Of a stretch of 64,000 nt of DNA, positions 57,936 to 64,000 are shown piece by piece. Each line of letters begins with the position of its first letter. The stretch's first letter is position 1. Location: IMG/VR virus record IMGVR_UViG_3300028591_008384; one strand, 5' to 3'. The notes below the pieces were generated by a model that made no database searches, was not told the DNA's origin, and saw only the letters and a list, made by a program, of their open reading frames with translations. Source of the stretch: a virus (lineage: Duplodnaviria > Heunggongvirae > Uroviricota > Caudoviricetes). A program made the position numbers and the translations under genes.

Positions 57936-58853
57936 TTACGTTTCGGTCAAGTGGGTCGAAAAGTCCGGGTGTGCGGACTTGTAGACCGGTTCCAGTTCAT
58001 CCAGTTTCCCGGTGAGCCACTTGATATTATCCCCATTGAACCACGTCTGGTGCTTGGTCACATCGTTGTCATCATGCACCTTCGTCCACGAGGTGCGCAC
58101 GATTACCTTCGGCGCACCCTCCGGCAACCCCAGGGGACCACTGACACTAATGAACAGATAATGTGAATCGTCGATATTGAAGTTGGCACGATACCTCTCG
58201 ATGGCATCCTTATCGTGGGAGATGAACGACTTGGTAGGATCCGCGTTCGCAATTACATTGAGTATCTTGTCCCTCATTTTCGAGGTGAACCTGTGGTACT
58301 TGCCGAACTCGTAGATGTGGTTCTTCTCCACATAGTCAGAATATAGCGCATCGAAGAACTCCTCGGCCCTGTCCTTCGACATCCTGCCGGCTGCCCTGCA
58401 CTGGCTGCGGAAATACTTCTTGAACCCCGCGGCATCCATGTTGCATGGCGGGCATGCGTCCACGACATGCCACCCGAAATCTTGAATTGGAACGAACCCG
58501 GCCATTTTGAGCATCACCGTAAGGTGAATGTACCGGTCATCCATCGGCTGCCCGGTGATGTCATAGAGTGGCATGTGGTTGCCAATCCAGTTCAGCAACT
58601 TGTTGAACGGGGTGCACAGGAGATGCCATGGCCTCCTGAACAGCGTGTAATACAGGCTCGGCTTGATGAGCAGGGTGTTGCGTGTATATGTGGTGTCGGC
58701 ATACTTGGCAAGTCGTTCCTTGGGCAGCCTGATGCAATCGTCCATCTCAGCCAGCGTCTTGACATATTCTTCCATGGTCATAAAAATAACCCCGGTTACT
58801 ATCCGGGGTAAAACTATCTTAAATCGGGATGCCGATAATCCGCTACGAAACAA
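57936..58853 (-). CDS. hypothetical protein
   Basis: ORF track 305 aa (true start possibly the internal MTMEEYV); followed by the terminator at 57631-57660. Confidence 0.4.
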   Translation of the reverse strand: MFRSGLSASRFKIVLPRIVTGVIFMTMEEYVKTLAEMDDCIRLPKERLAKYADTTYTRNTLLIKPSLYYTLFRRPWHLLCTPFNKLLNWIGNHMPLYDITGQPMDDRYIHLTVMLKMAGFVPIQDFGWHVVDACPPCNMDAAGFKKYFRSQCRAAGRMSKDRAEEFFDALYSDYVEKNHIYEFGKYHRFTSKMRDKILNVIANADPTKSFISHDKDAIERYRANFNIDDSHYLFISVSGPLGLPEGAPKVIVRTSWTKVHDDNDVTKHQTWFNGDNIKWLTGKLDELEPVYKSAHPDFSTHLTET

Positions 58854-58897
58854 GACAATTCAGTTTCGTAGCAAGCTATGCGCGATTCCCGAATAAA

Positions 58898-59347
58898 TCA
58901 GACATCGGGCAATTTATGTGCAGCCATAAATACATCGACCAGCAAAGAGGATGGATCGAGGTAGATCATTTTATCATAATCGTCTGACCAGCGTTTGACC
59001 CACTGTGGAGTTCCGTTTGTAAATTGACCCCAGGGTGTATAGTCATCGAATGTTCCATCGGGCCGCTGAACGGTAACTGTATCATTTTCTACAGTAGCTT
59101 TGATTCCGTGCTCGGACAACGCCTTGGCGAAGGATGCTGCATCCGTAATAGTAGCGCCTTCCTGTTTTAATGTATTGACAATACTATTGTAATTGTCGAT
59201 GTCCTCTGCCATAGATTCCATGCAAGCATTCGCACCCTCAAAACATGCTTTGTATCCTTCCTTGACGGCCTCCATCAAAGAGGTTTGGCCACTTGTTTTA
59301 CCGAGTTTGTTGAGGAATCCGATAAACATTTTCTGCTTGGCGTTCAT
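58898..59347 (-). CDS. hypothetical protein
   Basis: ORF track 149 aa. Confidence 0.4.
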   Translation of the reverse strand: MNAKQKMFIGFLNKLGKTSGQTSLMEAVKEGYKACFEGANACMESMAEDIDNYNSIVNTLKQEGATITDAASFAKALSEHGIKATVENDTVTVQRPDGTFDDYTPWGQFTNGTPQWVKRWSDDYDKMIYLDPSSLLVDVFMAAHKLPDV

Positions 59348-59488
59348 AACACGCTCTCCAGTTTGCTTTGTTAACTTTCCGTCGATAGTTTATAGATTTT
59401 GGCCCAAAATTTGCGTGTTTAGCCGATTTTACCCCCAGCAACACTTTGTGCGAACATGGCCACCAAGAAAAATCAATCTTGTAACGGA

Positions 59489-59878
59489 CTATGCGCGGCT
59501 TCCGAAGATAAGGCTGAACGAGTTCATGAAGTCCTCGGCGCTTTCCGCATAGGAATTCTCGGGAGTGTAGGTCTCGCCGGTGAGCTCGGCCTGCATCTTC
59601 TTGAACTCCCCATACGGATCACCGTTCACATCGTATCCGCGTTCGCCAAGCGGTTCCAGGAACAGAGTCTGCACGTAGGCATCCAGTTCGGCCTCGTCAT
59701 CATTGGTGAAACGGGCACTGTTATCAAACGAGTTCAGTCGTTCAAGGATAAGGTTATGGCCGTACATGGGATTGTCCATGGCCATACGGTTGAACCGGGT
59801 AACGGCATCCATTCCCGGTTCCTTCACGGCCTCGGCCCTTCCGCCGAAGACAATCATGTTCGGTGCATCAGCTGCCAT
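59489..59878 (-). CDS. hypothetical protein
   Basis: ORF track 129 aa. Confidence 0.35.
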   Translation of the reverse strand: MAADAPNMIVFGGRAEAVKEPGMDAVTRFNRMAMDNPMYGHNLILERLNSFDNSARFTNDDEAELDAYVQTLFLEPLGERGYDVNGDPYGEFKKMQAELTGETYTPENSYAESAEDFMNSFSLIFGSRA

Positions 59879-59880
59879 TA

Positions 59881-60846
59881 TTAGTTTCCTCTGCCGTAAT
59901 AGGCGTCATTGTCCCAGTCGTAGCAGTCCTGTTCGGGGAGAATGTAGTGTCCACCGACACCCACCGGGTCACCCAGGTCTTCGCGCTTGAAATCGGCATC
60001 AAAGAAATTCTTCGCCGGCTTGAAATACTTTCCGGTGACCGTGGAGAACACCTCGTGACCATCAGGGCTTACCCACCAACCGACTTGCAGCGGCTGGTTG
60101 TACAGCGGTTCCAGATAGACCGGATTGAGGGACTGTTCAATCTGGTCTAGCGGAATACCGTTCAGGTGCGGGCCATAGATGCCAGGCTTGTCCTTGTAGT
60201 CCACATACTTCCAACCCTTCATGTCCCCGATACGGGCACCGGTGAAGTTCCATGTGCCCACGCGGTACAGGGTGTTTGCACTGTTGCGGGATTCGTCCAC
60301 GTATTCATGCGCGGCATTCCTTACCTCGCCAGCAGCATCGATGGCCTTCGGGGCACCGGCGATCACACCGGCACCAAGCGCGGCACCGATCGCAAGAGCA
60401 AGAGCATGCTTCTTCACATAGTCAGAAATGGTGCCGGTTACACTTTCGGCAACCATCGGGAACTGGCGCTTCTCGATCGAACCGTCATCCGCGGCTCCCG
60501 TATAGTGTACCGGGGCCACATAGGAAGATTTCGGGGGAATAGCCATCGCATCACCATACAGCTTTGCGGCAACTGTCTTCGGGGAGACAGCAGTCTCGAA
60601 CGCCTTGAACACGTACTCGCTGTTCTTCTTGAACGCCTCGTTCACGGCATATTCGGTTATGTCCTTGCCCATGGAGATGACCATGTTGCGGAACTCGGTA
60701 CCGACCTTTATCATGTAGTCGTCAAGAGTAGCCTCCAGACCAACATCGGATGCCGCAACGGCATCGGCAACAGCCTCGCACAGGGTGCGCATGCCGGTCT
60801 CCCTGGCCAGCGTTTCAAGATAATCTAGGTACTTTGTAAACTGCAC
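59881..60846 (-). CDS. hypothetical protein
   Basis: ORF track 321 aa; Ala/Gly-rich central stretch LALAIGAALGAGVIAGAP. Confidence 0.4.
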   Translation of the reverse strand: MQFTKYLDYLETLARETGMRTLCEAVADAVAASDVGLEATLDDYMIKVGTEFRNMVISMGKDITEYAVNEAFKKNSEYVFKAFETAVSPKTVAAKLYGDAMAIPPKSSYVAPVHYTGAADDGSIEKRQFPMVAESVTGTISDYVKKHALALAIGAALGAGVIAGAPKAIDAAGEVRNAAHEYVDESRNSANTLYRVGTWNFTGARIGDMKGWKYVDYKDKPGIYGPHLNGIPLDQIEQSLNPVYLEPLYNQPLQVGWWVSPDGHEVFSTVTGKYFKPAKNFFDADFKREDLGDPVGVGGHYILPEQDCYDWDNDAYYGRGN

Positions 60847-60887
60847 GATAAACCGTCCCTTATTGTATCTGGGAACAGTTTATATGA

Positions 60888-61133
60888 TTACAGCTTGATT
60901 TCAATGCCGTATGCACCTATGGCCTGCATGCGCTGTTCGGGACAGTGGATATTTACCGTCTTGTCGCAGGAATAGCCGCAATGCGGGCACCGACACGTAT
61001 AGTTCACGTAATCAAACGCACCACGACCCTGACGGGTGACCTTGGCCTCTCCGAGGTCGGCATCGAAAATGCAGTCGCATTCCTCGCACACGAAACGGAT
61101 CTTCTTGGTAGTGCCTTCACGAACGATATCCAT
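60888..61133 (-). CDS. Cys-rich zinc-finger small protein
   Basis: ORF track 81 aa; CEECDC ... CRCPHCGYSCDKTVNIHC. Confidence 0.35.
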   Translation of the reverse strand: MDIVREGTTKKIRFVCEECDCIFDADLGEAKVTRQGRGAFDYVNYTCRCPHCGYSCDKTVNIHCPEQRMQAIGAYGIEIKL

Positions 61134-61348
61134 TAGTTGTACTCCTCTGCAAGATATACCCGCTGGTCAACAGGAATCCACTTTACGAAACCGGTTTCCA
61201 CCTTTTCAAGCCGGACGATAAGAATACCGCTCTTCTTGGATACTACCGGATTACCGGTCTTCTCGTAAGTCCACTTGGAACAAGGCGTAAGTTTGATGTA
61301 AGTGCCGATGCGGAGGTCACCTATGATTGCTGTCTTGTGCTCAGGCAT
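61133..61348 (-). CDS. hypothetical protein
   Basis: ORF track 61133..61360 (TTG) trimmed to the in-frame ATG with SD gaggaatagc. Confidence 0.35.
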   Translation of the reverse strand: MPEHKTAIIGDLRIGTYIKLTPCSKWTYEKTGNPVVSKKSGILIVRLEKVETGFVKWIPVDQRVYLAEEYN

Positions 61349-61356
61349 GCTATTCC

Positions 61357-61521
61357 TCAATAAAGCTGGAAGTTGGTGTCACCGCAGACCATGGTCGAAT
61401 CGGATGACTGGTAGCAGTCATTCGTAGGAGCAGAACCTGTATCAGTTGAACACCCGACCATGTAGAACATCGCGGCAATGATGCCCAGGGCGATCAGCCA
61501 CATCACGTATGCAAGTTTCAT
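61357..61521 (-). CDS. small lipoprotein (54 aa), hand-called
   Basis: Translation MKLAYVMWLIALGIIAAMFYMVGCSTD... (signal peptide plus lipobox MVGC); SD ggagga; its ATG overlaps the upstream stop (ATGA). Confidence 0.35.
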   Translation of the reverse strand: MKLAYVMWLIALGIIAAMFYMVGCSTDTGSAPTNDCYQSSDSTMVCGDTNFQLY

Positions 61522-61856
61522 ATTTCCTCCGGTGGTTCATACTCCACCTTGTGTAGTTCAACTTCCCCCACCTTGCGCATGTCCTCGATGTCGCTCAAAG
61601 TGACATCCACCTCCAACTGCTTGGTGGTATGCTGGTTCAGCTTGACGTACTTGATAGGAACCGCGGTGAATGTTATCACCGAGCCCGGTTCCAACTGTTC
61701 GCACCACGGGCCGACCCGTACCCAGACATGGTCACAAATCTGGATATGGCGCTCATCCATAATGGCATACAGCAGGGCAAATTTCCCATAGTAGTCCACC
61801 TTGATGAAGGTCGCCTGGTATCCATGGCGTTCCATTGTCTGTCCTAGGTTCCTCAT
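61518..61856 (-). CDS. hypothetical protein
   Basis: ORF track 112 aa. Confidence 0.35.
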   Translation of the reverse strand: MRNLGQTMERHGYQATFIKVDYYGKFALLYAIMDERHIQICDHVWVRVGPWCEQLEPGSVITFTAVPIKYVKLNQHTTKQLEVDVTLSDIEDMRKVGEVELHKVEYEPPEEI

Positions 61857-61860
61857 GCCA

Positions 61861-63999
<2,139 letters not shown>

Positions 64000-64000
64000 C

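Overview
This window reads as part of a large virulent dsDNA phage of a Bacteroidota host, inferred from promoter architecture. Genes are densely packed and mostly on the minus strand, with two plus-strand operons at 4064-5816 and 16402-19475, and the standard genetic code is used. The identifiable content is dominated by tRNA and NAD biology. There is a 36-gene tRNA array on the minus strand at 53884-57611 plus an isolated tRNA-Gly(CCC). Enzymes inferred from sequence motifs I recognise include a CCA-adding enzyme, Tpt1/KptA RNA 2'-phosphotransferase, a PTH2-type peptidyl-tRNA hydrolase, an HD phosphohydrolase and a Pol-beta nucleotidyltransferase. The NAD side comprises a NadV+NatV salvage pair, a bacterial-type PARG macrodomain and a NAD-dependent DNA ligase. 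Also present are a dUTPase, three tandem radical-SAM enzymes next to a P-loop kinase, a four-gene glycosyltransferase/DUF1919 cluster, an SPFH lipoprotein and many small hypothetical proteins. A single extended promoter motif (GTTGCC-N~15-TTTGCTAyATTTG, with a Bacteroidetes-type -7 box TAnnTTTG) recurs about 20 times within 3-30 nt of start codons, implying leaderless or short-leader mRNAs. In several places it is fused to the intrinsic terminator of the upstream gene. The tRNA set shows unusual features. The most interesting candidates are three class-I-length tRNAs carrying Leu anticodons, the triple radical-SAM cluster and the combined RNA-end-healing/NAD module. Coordinates for hand-called tRNAs and small ORFs are approximate (about +/-3 nt). 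No database searches or structure predictions were run; all functional calls rest on motifs recalled from memory.
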